Below are positions 49,601 through 62,811 of a stretch of DNA of 64,000 nucleotides, piece after piece; within the stretch, counting starts at the first letter, position 1, and each line of letters opens with the position of its first letter. The notes beneath the pieces are model-generated. The model ran no database searches. It worked only from the letters and a program-made list of their open reading frames with translations, and was not told the origin of the DNA. The position numbers and the translations under genes are program-made. This DNA comes from Chrysomallon squamiferum (lineage: Eukaryota > Animalia > Mollusca): NCBI GenBank assembly GCA_012295275.1, contig CM022679.1:8556001-8620000 (forward strand), given 5' to 3'.

Positions 49601-52600
49601 AGAGACGTAAAAAAGACAGCAAATAAGATATGTGTGCTTTTATATGTCCATTTTGTCTGTCTTTTTAGATATGTGTGTGAAAAAGATGTGAATGCAGGGA
49701 TTCCACACACTCACACCCAAATGCATGCATGCACGCACACACACACACACACATAAAAAATAAAAAATTGAGGGTATATATATATAAAATAATAACTAAG
49801 AATAAAATAAATCCTCCATGAATTTTTTCATTAACATTAAAACAAATTATTCAGAACATGTAAGATGAATTTAATGTATAACTATTCTGCTGTCAAAAAA
49901 TAAATTTATCTCCAAAGTTGTTATGTCACATTCATTTAGCAGTGAATACAAATTAATAAACAAAATCAAATTAATACTGTTTTTAAATATGAAATTGTAT
50001 ATATTATTATTATAACACATGTGACACTATTGCCTGGCTTCAGACAGTATACACCAAATAACATTTAATATCAATCATTTAGAAAGCGTGCATAAGTTAA
50101 CAATTATTTTGTTTTCTATTCATTCCCTGTCCATGAGGAATTAATACCACTGTATTTTTTTTTTTAGTATTTCTTGACGAGTGAAATGAAACTTGTTTTT
50201 TAGTAGTTTGAACAATTTTTTTTAGAAAGATAAGTATGAACATTTATAAAAACACACAGAAATCTATTAAGTAAAATTAGAAATAAATATATACAAAACG
50301 TAAATATAAACAAATTTAAATAAAATAAAATGTTATCATTTTGTTTCCTACAATATTTTAAAGTTATTATTTCTTTAAAAATATAAAGATTGTTTAAAAA
50401 TTCAAATGCAAAAAGAAAAATCATTTAAATGAAAAAGAAAAATGTAAAATTAAAGCCAGTGTGAATATTTTAAGAGACTTATTTTGTAGACTAAATTAGC
50501 AAATATATTCAACTCACCAGTCTAAGCCTTTATAATAATTATTTCCATTGAAGAACTGCACCTCCTCGAAGGTCTCCTTGCTGTTGAAATTGCTGACAAT
50601 GGCAGGATGCATTGTTAGGAAAGTGTAGAGAGCAGTAGTACCTTCAAATATTTAAACAACAATTCAACAAATTTTGAAAATTAAAAGCAGATATTTTAAA
50701 TTATCTTCAACAGTATTTGAAAAATCCAGGTTTACCGTTATTCCACAAAGCCTCCTTTTTTCTTTCTTTTTTTTTCTTTTTTTAAAAAGAATAAATAAAT
50801 AAAATTATAAAAATCTTTGCTACAAATTTTAAAAACTAAAAGAATATTTTCTGATTTGTCTCAACAACCTTTACTGAAAATGACAGATATAACTGTTTTT
50901 CAAGAAACAGATTTTTAAAGTAAATCTTATAAAAAAATAAAAATAATCATAATTCTAACCATTCTAGACATATTAAACCTAATGATAATTTCAGAAAATG
51001 AAAAAAAAAAAAAGGTTTACCTGTTTTTTGTGGTCCAATGATAAGGAATTTTGGAAGTCTGTCACAAGTCTTATTCTCTGACCAAATCATCAAATGACGT
51101 TTGTACTCACATGGATTCTGAATGAGTCAACAAATAAATATTTTAATAATTTCTATATTTTATTACTATTAGTTATCAAATGCTTTTAGAATAATCCAAT
51201 AAATTTTTTTATTAACAATTATTAGTTAAAAATATGATTTTGTTTTTTAAAGATAGTGACTTCATAGGTTCTCTTACAGAAAACTGCCAAACAATTCTGT
51301 ATTACATATTAAATGTAACATATTTTGGTGAATGCACACCATGTTACTGTCAACATATAAAACTGCCAAACAGTCCTGTTACCCATTTCTGAATTTACAC
51401 CATCTGTACTGTCACTGTAACATAATTAAAATGTGCTAGAACCAGAAAGTAACTTCATTACCTGCCAAAGTGGATCTTTTTCTTCTGGAAACATTTCAAA
51501 GTACTTCAGTCCTAGTTGCAGAGGTGGCAAAGAGTGAAGCTTGAGATTTGTCCAGCACTTGATAAACTTGACAACACTTTCAAAGGTGTAGAGTGCCAGA
51601 CGATCATTCCCATAGTTAGACAGGTGGGTCATGAATATGTTTACCTGTGTGAAGATAAAAAGTCATAATAACACTACCGGTCATGACTATGTTTACCTGT
51701 GTGAAAGTGAAAATAAAAAGTCAAAATAACATTGTCACAGGAACAATTTTTTCTGTGTTAAGATCAAAAGAGAAAATAATATTGTGAACTATAAATCCAA
51801 CAAAAAAAAAGAAACCTTAAATATTGATAATTATGCATCTGTTAAACATATAAGATAAAGATGAACACAATCCATATGTGATCAATTATTCAAATTAATA
51901 GAAACTAGAAATATTTAAAATAACAAATATTGAAAATATATTAACATTATATTATATAAATATTATAAATATTAATGAATTCAAAAATAAAAATAAAACC
52001 TATTAAATTACTAACAGAAAATGTCCAGAAAAAGAAGAAGCACACTAGAAAACAAAAGGTCTACAAAACTGAAGTAAACTTACAAAATAAATGCACTGAC
52101 AAGACACAGGTTAAAAATAATATACAAACAACTAAAAACAAACTGTCTGTTACAATGAGGTAAGCTTATAAACATGTACACTGGTAAAATAACTCACAAA
52201 GAAATAAGAACAAAACCAAGTAAAACAAATACTTACTGGATTAATAAGGAATGTTTGAAAGAGTTCTCCCCCCTTGATGTTACTGTCCAGCCCTTCACGG
52301 CCACCTTCAAAATCATCCACAAAAATAGTGTGTGTGAACAGACCACACACCTGGCGTGGAAGTACCTGAAGAAAATCACATTCCAGTTTTAGACAATTTC
52401 TTTTTGATTTAAAAAAAATAAAAAAAAATAAAAAAAAAATAAAAAATCCATATTAGATTAAAATTTTGTTAACTCAAATAATTCAGTTTTTAATCAAATA
52501 TATCTTCTTTTTTTTTTCTTACTTTCCAAAGTTGATCTAGTGAATAATGTATTTTTAATAAACGCCATTGCAAAAAACATACTTTTTGAAAATTCTGCAT

Positions 52601-54368
52601 TTTACATGTATTTTAATTATTAGCCCCTCAACAATTCAGTTACTTTATCAATGAAGCAACAGTGTAAATAAGAATAACCCCAACTGTTACTGTTCTAATT
52701 TTATGATAAATTTTACTAATTATTCACAAAATTCTGTTCAGAGAAAAAATAAAAAAGAGCCATACCATGATTCCTCTATATATGAAGCCCCTGCGACGCC
52801 AATATGGTCGTAAATGAGGATATTCCTCTGTACTGGTCACTTTTATATCCCAGACATTTCTCCAGGCATTATACAGTTCTTCATGCACAGGATACACACC
52901 AGAGTGATGTGGGGCCACTGCATAGTACTTGTTTACCGAGATACCATGAGCCTAAGAGAATAAATGTGAACACACTAAATACTTTGGAATTATCAAGAAG
53001 TAACAGAGAAATACTACACTTAAAAAATAAATACAGAACTGCTTTTTGACATTTGTTAATATTAATTTTTGTTTAGTTAACAAGGCTGGCAAAGTGTATG
53101 AAATAAATATAGCAAGTTGTGATATAACTGTATACTTCAGCATAATGAAAAACAATTAGGTTTTTTTTTAAAAACATTTTTGATAAAGAAATTTTCCTTG
53201 GCTAAACCTTACTTTTAAAAACAGTACAAAATTGAAAAAGGTTTTTGTTTCTGTTCTTACCTATATAATTTATAATTTTTTTTTTATGATCAATGTTTGT
53301 GCATTTATAGTTAAAGAACAAATTTTAAATAGTTTCTAAAGAAATAGATTTAAGCATATTTGCTGAAGTTAATTCACAAAGCTCACTTTAGCAAACTGGT
53401 AATTCAACTGCATGGATTTTTCTAAATAGGTTTCGTCAAATTTATGAGCCTGTTCGTGTCTCCACATGTGACCAAACCACCAGAATTTGTCTCTGTATTC
53501 TGTTTAAAATAACAAAAGTTAAAATATTCAGTGTGTTATTGCTATGAATGACTGGACCTTGGATAATTTTTAGCTTTTTTTTTCCAAACAATTACAATTA
53601 TATTCCCACAACAGAGGCAGCTAAACCAAGCTTGAAAAATAGATTTAAATTTGAATTAGGCTGTGTGGCTGTACTTTTGGATTATAGAATGTTCTTTTTT
53701 TTTTTCTTCCCTATCAAAGAAAAGATGAAAGGACTGACCATTCTTTATTTTACTTCAATGGAAAATAAATTATACTTAAAATTCTCCTGAGTATTAACGT
53801 AAAAGGTTACATGCATTTGTGAACAAACAAGTTAAATAATTAAAACATGCCTTTGTGCATTTCCAAAAATTTGTATATATGTGTTATTATTTATTTCTCA
53901 ATATATGTACGTATTTGCATGTATGAATGTGTGTACATACATACATACATTTTTTATATTTATTTATTTAAATGTGTGTGAGTGTGTGTGTTAAATATGT
54001 ATGTATGTATGTATGTATACATAATTTTGACCCAGTCTATTACAATTTAACCTCACCTATAAGTTTACGGTCTCCATCGTCTTCTTCAGGAAGTCCATGA
54101 AGATAATACTTCCCAGAAAAACCAAGGTTAAAATGAAAGCCTTCGATGTCTTGTTGTAGTCGTGTCTGGGCAGCAGCCATTGCCTAACAAACAAAATATT
54201 TATACAATGAAGTGATAAACACATTTAATGATTTTCTATATATTTTTATTTTTATTTTAAATACCAGTATACCAATGCAACAGCACTGATTGTGACATTC
54301 ATAATAGAATTGTTCTAGCATTGTTATTATTATTGTTGGTGGTGGTGGTGGTTTACATTTTATATGTT

Positions 54369-54420
<52 letters not shown>

Positions 54421-57125
54421 ATTTATAATCAATTACTTCAATTTAATAATAAAACCATATTTAAAAAACAAGTTTAGACATTCTTTAAATTTAAGTCCAA
54501 ACAAAACATAACTGTACATAGTTACATGATGATATTTGCCTTTTTTCATTATTAATCATTTTACTCTTTAAACAGACCACAATTTTTATCCCTTTATACA
54601 ATATGTATTTACAAATCAGGGCAATAGGTTGAATGATATTTAATAATTTATTAAGATTCGTATGGGCACATTGACACAATGCCTATTCCATTGTTGTACA
54701 GAATAGATATATATTTAGACTTTGGGGTTAAATAATGCTAAACGAATGTTACACAATGATATCTTCCAGGTTTGACCTTTGACACTGTCTGTTGTCAAAA
54801 CAGAACAAGGTATTATCTGATATAATAAAGTAACAGATGCAGTAATGAATGTTCTCTTTATGAGAAAATTACATTAGTATTTGATTACACATACAGGAGG
54901 TCCCTGTTTTTTATCACCCTACATCTCTGTTACTAGTATTAAGTCATCTATTTCCATAAATATAACATCATTAATTACATCCAGATAAACTGTTTAAGAA
55001 GCATTATTGCCATATATAGAATTTGTGTTATATGTTGAAAATTCCTAAATAATACAAAAATATTAAAATCAACATTTAGGTATCATGTTAATATTAAAAA
55101 TGTAAACAGAATTATCTCAAGAAGAAGCTAAATGAAAATGAATGCTGTCCTCCCAATAAAATAAAATAATGAAAACATTAAAACAAATGTGTTATTATTA
55201 TATTTTTTTCTTTCCTTTATTAGATTACCCTATCTTGGTGAGTTTAATTTTATTATTTGAGAATAAACTATATTGACAATATGTTGTTTTTTTTCTTTTT
55301 CTGACAGATATTCTTTAATGTGTCTGTACCACCTGGCCAGCATTAAGAAAACAGATTTATAATAACCTTGGAATTATGGATCTAAACTTCACATCTATGT
55401 TCAAAAATATAAAAAAAAATTATTAATTAATTAAAATAAAAATGTTGTGCATCACTTCAGAACAACTTAGTACCAAATGAAAAATAATTATAAAGAGGTG
55501 ACTACATTTATAAAAAAAAATAAAAAAATTCAAAAAATCAATGAACAAGAATTTGTTTTATATAATTTTCCAAAGAAAACTGTAAATGATTTAAAATGAG
55601 TTTTCTTACACTGCAATTTTACAAAACGTAACAAAGTAATTTTCATCTGACCTCCAGTTTTGACATTTTATTTTAAAACTGTTACATTATCTAATACAAG
55701 TTATTGTAATTTTGCCAATTTCTGTGTATTGCAGAACAAAAAATAATTTAAGTGTTTAAACATTGGCCAATTTCCTCAATATAGCCAGTATGAGGCATGC
55801 ATGAGTAACTGCTTGCCTTTCAAAATTATGATGCAATAAAGTAACTGACAAGCTGAAAGAAAAACAAGCTGTTATTTGTATCTGAATATAATTGATGGTT
55901 TATGTCTACCGAAAGGAAATCAAATGACAAAATAGCTTTATGTTTGTACCCAGTGAACTCAATGAATATTCATAAAAACAGACCAGATCAAATTATTACT
56001 TTCTGTATTCACTGAGGGCAATAATTAAACTTAATTTTAGATTAAGGATATTTTTATAGTCACTCTTCTGTTACCTGGGAAACTAATTATGCATGTAGTG
56101 GGGTTTCCACTTTAAAGCCAGCAACAACTTTATTTATTAAGTCAACTGTAACATAACACCACACAAAAAGGTTAGGTTTCATTATTTTCACAGGTTTTTC
56201 TGTGATTTTTATAATACATATTTGTCTTACATTTTTAACTAATACAATTTTATGCTACTACTATATTTAGAACAAATTTAATTTTCTTATTTATATGTAC
56301 TACAGATTCAAGATGCTTTACAAGAAATATGCACAAAAAGTGATACATACTGTTAAATATGTTTAATGTTATTGTAAATGTGATTCGGTAATTAAGAAGA
56401 AAGAGTAGATACATATATAGAAACACAGATACACATACATAACATTATTTCTCTGTGATTCAGAACTAAAGTCCAATCATTACAATCTTATTTTAAGTTG
56501 CCATTTTGTTTATAGTTAAATAATATACATTTGTATATAAAAATAAATAAATAAATAAATACAAATTTATAAAAATAATAAATTACAAAAATCATGTTGA
56601 TAAATATTCATAAATGTTTTAATTCTGAAAGTCAGCCTTTAAATCATTTCAAAGAATGTAATTTAAGTCATTATTAAATAGAGCAACTTTTCAGATATAA
56701 AAAAGCAGTTTAAGCTTAGACAAGTTAATGTATAATGCACACAGAGAAACAGAGATCAGCTGTGTGTAGCTGTTGCTGGTCATAAATTACTTTAAACTAG
56801 CAACAAGCAGTTGTAAGACAGGTTTTGAATGACTCTAACACATTTAGAATGGAAATCTTAGAACATTTAGTGCCAGGAATGAACAGAAACACATGCATTT
56901 GTTTCCAATATTTAATAACATGCAGCCACATAATTCGAGATAATGCAGAATATATTTTTAGAATAAGCATGCATATTTTAGCTATGTATCTGTACTTGCA
57001 GACCTTTTCAGCATTCCAATTAACTATATCTTAGAATATGACGAGAGAATTACAGGAGAAGCCTTATTATGTTACAGAAGGATCATTTTATGCATAATAA
57101 TTTTTTAATTAGGCAGCACCTAAAG

Positions 57126-57177
<52 letters not shown>

Positions 57178-58319
57178 ATTGTACTTTGTATTTTATATAA
57201 TATAAAGAAATTCTCAAAATGAGCATTATAAATTAAATTATATATCAGACTAATAAAAAGAAATCTTATAAAATAACATTTTAATTTTTTTTTTTTTTTT
57301 ACCTCAACATCAACCACTTTCATTCTGATTCCTTCCTTGCCAACAAAGATGTCATCAACGTCGACCTGGAGGTAGCGATGTAGAGTGATACTGAGTTTAC
57401 CATGAGAAAAGAATGACAGACTGTCAATGAAAATAAGCTGATGAATCCAGAAGTTCAGGCAGTTTCCAAAGAACACTCGACGTATACCATCATACTGTCC
57501 TGTGTCAAACAAAGTGGCCACAACATTTCTCACAGACATGTTATTTTCAGTAAGAACTCCAGCTGACTGAGAAAATGACAGAGGTTCGTATGTGGAATGA
57601 TTTGTATGAAACACAGTCCAGTCATCACCAGGCAACGTTCCTTTAAAGGTCTCACCAGGTTTTGTTAATCTCCATATGTCTGAAAACTCGTTCAGTTTGT
57701 AATTTTCTAGTAGCAAGTTGTACTGGAGAGTCAGCGGAAAACCAGGGACAGTTTCACTAATTAGTTCTTCTTTTGATGGGACAAACATGATCATACCGAC
57801 ATCGTATTCTTTGCAGTATTTATCCAGAAGTTGTCTGTTCCAATTGTCCATGTTCACATATGCGTCAAAATTTTCAAAAATAATAACAGCAAATTTCCCT
57901 TTATCGGCATGAGTTAATGTCGGAAGATTTTTTCCTGTGGTTTCAACTTTAAATTCTATTCTCAGAGCTTCTAACAGATGAGTAATTTTGGTGACAGATT
58001 TGGAGAACTGAGACTCTACCATTATTAACACTTTTTTCCCAATCCGTAGTCCTGCTTCTGAGCTGTGATCTTTTGGTGCACGAGGCTGACTCTTCGGCAT
58101 GACACTGTCTTCTCTACAGCTTATTAAAGGCTGAGGCGGGTCTGCCTGGCGTTTCACCAAACCAAAATTAAAAAACATCAAATGGTAGGAGAAAAAAATA
58201 CTCGAGACTAAACTTAAAGCTAGGACGAAAAAGAGTCCTTTTATGAGAGTAAATCTCTTGCAGCAAAGCCATCGAATTAGCAAGGTTCGACAGAGAACAA
58301 CCTCACGTCTAAAAAACAT
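46697..58319 (-). CDS. NDST: Bifunctional heparan sulfate N-deacetylase/N-sulfotransferase (sulfateless/NDST), 883 aa
   Basis: Twelve GT-AG coding exons on the minus strand: 58319-57303, 54183-54057, 53499-53387, 52951-52766, 52365-52237, 51644-51462, 51117-51021, 50641-50518, 49595-49421, 48169-47999, 47466-47357, 46916-46697 (2652 nt, phases consistent). Type II TM anchor; [71 protein letters not shown], 5'-PAPS loop [41 protein letters not shown]. Confidence 0.97.
48178..48940. repeat. Degenerate intronic tandem repeat, about 55-80 bp unit, adjoining an NDST splice acceptor
   Basis: Repeated GAAAAGTTCATTTTACTTTA(G/A)AAACTTTTGTTTT(T)GTTATAATTCTTCTTAA.GGAAT.CAAACTAAT; about 5 clear copies to about 48530 and more decayed copies beyond. 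Confidence 0.8.
51627..51790 (-). repeat. Tandem duplication of about 52 bp containing an NDST 3' splice site
   Basis: GGTCATGA(A/C)TATGTTTACCTGTGTGAA...ATAAAAAGTCA(T/A)AATAACA occurs twice (AG at 51646-51645 and 51698-51697), plus a decayed third unit. Confidence 0.8.
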
Positions 58320-59130
58320 GGTATATGTAAATCGAAAATAAACTGAGATAAAAATAAAAAGGAACACAGATAAAAGCTAAAAATATGGACACATGTTTCA
58401 AGTTCCATCTAAAAATGAGGATGAAATCGTATTCATAAAATCCATCTTAATTTTTTAAGACCGTCTACAGAGGTATGAAAAAATACTTGGTTGTGACTTG
58501 CCACCAGGGTAGTCATTGCTGATATCATGAGAATCTTTTATGAGAAATTTAGGAACACTTCCACATCCGCAGTGCACAAAACAACTGAATTACGTTTCTA
58601 TCCCATTGCTTGTCTGAATTAATTTGCCGTTTTACTGGGAAAAAAAAAGAAAAACATAGTTGTATGTGAGAATTACATATAAAGAAAACGGTAATATAAC
58701 TGCCTGTCTATAACTGCTGAGTTTTCTTTAAAAATTCTTATGCCTTATGTTATGGATAATCATTATTTTCGTGAAAATTTTAAGTTATTAATTATATTTT
58801 TAGAGAAACAAATGAATAAGATAATAATGTTATCGTGTTATAAGAAATCTATTTAAAAAACCGCCAGTAATGTTACTAACAATAAGGTAAATACTGAAGA
58901 AGTATTCAACGACAATACAGTTTTATTATTAAACAGCAGGACTTATCTGATCCACTGGCCGACTGGACAGGCCAACGATTCGAGTACAAAACATAACTTA
59001 TGAACTCATATTACTGTTGTTATCGACTGACCCATTCAAAATCTTATACTGCGTCTCCTAGCATTATAAATCGTCACAGTTCGAAAACAAAAATACCACC
59101 AAAAATAAAATAATGACAGTGATGTTCGAA

Positions 59131-59240
59131 ACTTACCACGTTAGAAGCATAAAATCATTTTGACAAGCGCTCCTGTTAGCAAAGTTAGTTATTCCTGCGC
59201 ATGCGTTAATTATCAAAACTTCCGGAAAAATACCCTCGAT
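59131..59240 (-). promoter_or_regulatory. Probable NDST non-coding first exon and promoter with NRF1-type and ETS-type motifs
   Basis: Donor G|GTAAGT at 59136-59131; TGCGCATGCG at 59196-59205; CTTCCGG at 59219-59225; local CpG enrichment; candidate acceptor near 58636. Confidence 0.6.
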
Positions 59241-59779
59241 CTAATTTTAGTTAAAAGGATGAAACTTAGATACTGTTTGGTTTGGGTAATTGTTGTGTAC
59301 GAATCGCTTTTGGGGAAGATGATTAAATTTTGATTCTGAAACTGTTGTCGTATAATGTTATTTCTTGGTAATAATTTCTTATAAGAGCTCTCAGAGTCGT
59401 CTTATGAGTCGTGCTTAGTTTAATATCGCCAATAAATTATTGAATAATATTAATATTAATAATAATCTATAGTCCTCTGGCAAACTTCAAACTTCAGTGT
59501 CGTTTATCATTCTATGGGTATCACGTCTGTTTACTAGCTAAATCATGGCAAATGGGTTTTCCCATACCAGATAAAAGATATATTAAACATCGTTAATATT
59601 ATCATTCAATATTTTCTCTTCTCTATTAGATAAGTTGTTTAAGTAGTAAAATATGTGGCAGTGCCTTTTGTCATTCTCATGATTATTAAATTAAGCATAA
59701 ATGGTTAATGTTTATAGCTTATTTATTGAATAATGTAATACCAATGTTAATTAAACTGGCCTTACATAATAGCTTTTTA

Positions 59780-59969
59780 ATTATTAATTTCATTACTTAA
59801 AAGTTTAAAAACAGAATATACTGCCTTACTTATTTATAAGACAGCAGAATGACAATAAAAAGTTTAAAAAAATAAAAAATAACTCATAATCAGTTATAGA
59901 GTAAAAAATATAAATTATGATACATGAACTGTAAAAACAGCAAATTTTACATTAAATGAATTGACTAAT
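59780..59969 (+). repeat. Direct repeat (partner at about 63105-63300) interrupted by the transposon
   Basis: TTATTAATTTCAT.ACTTAAAAGTTTAAAAACAGAATATACTGCCTTACTTATTTATAAGACA..GCAGAAT..CATAATCAGTTATA occurs on both sides of the element. Confidence 0.8.
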
Positions 59970-62811
59970 GGGTCATTCCGTGTCAAATCACCCCCCAAAA
60001 AAAGAAATTTAAACCCGACCATCTCAGATTTTTATAAAACTTGGTATATTTGTTGACTGGGATCCCACAGCACCAAATCTGAAATATTAGCCCAATCAGA
60101 CCAGTGGTGTGGGAGATACGGCCCACGGAATTTTGAGATTTTTGCCAAAAATGGGTGTGACCACCAACCTTAGAACCCTCATATCTCAGGAACTACTGGG
60201 CCAATCTTCATAAAATTGGTATTGTTAGAAAGGCAAAATAACAAGGATACCAAATCTGCCATTTTTGTTTAGTTTGGAAAATATTGGAGTACCTTGACCT
60301 TTTGACCTTTGCTATGACCTTGAAATTGACCGTGTGGATCACGTGATCTTGAGATGACCTTTATTGAAATTTAATCTCCCACATGTTAACTAAAACATAT
60401 AAAAGTTTCCTGGGTGTAATATTTTTTGTTTAGCCACAATATAGATTTAAAAAATGCACCTACATGAAACTAACATATTTTCAGCCATTAACATCTAATT
60501 AACTAAAACCTGAATGATCAACTCTGGATGCTAGGGATCACCATCTTTCTTGATCATCGAGTAAGACACTGTAGGCCTACATGTATGCATAAAGTTCACA
60601 TAAATTTGAGAGAACTAGGTGTTTCTGATGCTTAACCTTCTCACTATGTTTGTTTCAAATGCTCACTGTATCCTTCATTCCCAGACACATTCTACTGTTC
60701 TCATCACTTTCATAAAATTGGATTATTTCCTCCTTCAATTCATTGTCCTTTCAATGGTAAAGGGTGACAAAATCAAGATTTGCACACGCTCTGTGTAGGA
60801 TTCAGACATTAAGATGTCATTTTAATGTTACTGTAGCTGATGCTAGTTTTTTTCTGTCCTTTCATTCATTTACTGGAATGCTTAGTGAATGGAGTTTGAC
60901 AGGAGTTTGCCTAAACTCAACAGAATAGAATTCAAATCAAAGTCCTTTTCTAGGGAAACAACAACCAGCGGTTTGTCTGGCAAGTTATCACCAAATTCTC
61001 CCATTGTAATACCACCCATACTAAAGCCATCCTCTGCAGGACCTTTGATTTCTGAAGGGTTGATTTCTAAAGGCAGCACAACTTGTCTCCTGGCACTAGT
61101 GTCTTTGGAGGATTTACTAAGCATTTGTAAGTGCCCATGCTAACAATTCTTAAAGATCTAGTGCGTGCTTGCTCAGGGTGGCGATTAAGGGGATCACAAC
61201 AGTTTTTCTGCGATGTTGAAAATTTGATGAAAAGTTCTTGTTCATGATACTCTTGATGTCCCGTGTTTTGATCCCACTTCAAAGAGTGAGGAGTTCGATT
61301 TCCTCAGTTTTCCATACACTTCGAACAACTCCTTTTTGATATGATGGTGTTGATAACAAACATTTTCAGGAGAGTTAAAGCTGCAGTTAGCTCTGGAAGA
61401 AATAAGGATTTTCAGTATTGGCCTGCACCTTCAATTCAATAGAACAAAGTCAGTGCTTTCCTAAATATTAAATCAAATCCTGAAACCCTTTCAGTAAAGT
61501 TAAGCAGGTCATAAAATGGCAGCAGAGTACATGTGTTATTGCCAAAGGCCCACAAGTCTTGGGCATTTATGTCAATCTTCTCAAGTATAAATCACAGTTT
61601 ATTAAGGTGAAGTAGACCTTGTTCATACTCTGTGCCGAAGACTGGGTGTACAAATACATTATGCAGTACATCACTTGATGATGTCTGATTTCAGACTGGG
61701 TTGTACTGTTGTTGACTGAAGCCTTGTTCAAAACCAATGGCAAGGCCCACATGACATGATACAATTACTTAATAGGTTTTATGAAATAAAAATATTGTTT
61801 ATGTATCAACATCTGACATTGTGTCCAACTTAAAAAGCTTCAGATTGTCAAAGAAATGCAGATGAAGAAACTTCTTTGTCTTAAACTTCAAATTACCATG
61901 TGCTCAATGGGGATTGCACCAGGGAATCTAAAGGAGTTCCTGACCTGCCTGAAGCATCACTTCCTGTTAACCCTTTGAGCCTGATTGTGTAGAACATGTC
62001 ATGCCATTTGGCATCTTTTCATATCCTTCAGGCATTCCTAAAGACATGTCAGGTGGGTTTTAACTCCAAAGATGAATTTTTAGTCTCAGAGAAAATGTAC
62101 ATTGTAATGCATTGTATCAATCATCCATGCAGGTATGCATTTTTTTAAATCTCTATTATGGCTAAACAAAAAATATTATACCCAGGAAACTTTTATATGT
62201 GAACTTTATGCATACATGTAGGCCTACAATGTCTTACTCGATGATTAAGAGAGATGGTGATTCCTAGCATCCAGAATTGATCATTCAGGTTTTAGTTAAT
62301 CAGATGTTAATGGCTGAAAAGGTGTTATTTTCATGTATGTGCATTTTTTAAATCTATATTGTGGCTAAACAAAAAATATTACACCCAGGAAACTTTTATA
62401 TGTTTTAGTTAACATGTGGGAGATTAAATTTCAATAAAGGTCATCTCAAGATCACGTGATCCACATGATCAATTTCAAGGTCATAGCAAAGGTCAAGGTA
62501 CTCCAATATTTTCCAAACTAAACAAAAATGGCAGATTTGGTATCCTTGTTATTTTGCCTTTCTAACAATACCAATTTTATGAAGATTGGCCCAGTAGTTC
62601 CTGAGATATGAGGGTTCTAAGGTTGGTGGTCACGCCCATTTTTGGCAAAAATCTCAAAATTCCGTGGGCCATATCTCCCACACCACTGGTCTGATTGGGC
62701 TAATATTTCAGATTTGGTGCTGTGGGATCCCAGTCAACAAGTATACCAAGTTTCATAAAAATCTGAGACGGTCGGGTTTAAACCATTGGGTGATTTGACA
62801 CGGAATGACCC
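59970..62811 (-). mobile_element. Sola2-like DNA transposon, non-autonomous deletion derivative, 2842 bp, about 620 bp TIRs
   Basis: TAAT|GGGTCATTCCGTGTCAAATCACCC ... GGGTGATTTGACACGGAATGACCC|TAAT gives a 4 bp TSD and 5'-GGG termini. TIRs at 59970-about 60602 and about 62196-62811 are nearly identical. A broken minus-strand coding remnant at about 60760-61400 includes HQEYHEQELFIKFSTSQKNCCDPLNRH. GRG termini, 4 bp TSD and long TIRs fit Sola2. Confidence 0.85.

Noticed and set aside
57120-58367. 415-aa ORF taken as a complete protein
   Set aside because: It starts at a GTG 16 codons before the likely ATG (58319) and reads through the donor at 57302 into intronic poly-A and (CT)n; it is only the first NDST coding exon.
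60889-61143. Plus-strand 84-aa ORF inside the transposon
   Set aside because: Antisense to the degraded transposase-like remnant; no independent gene signals.
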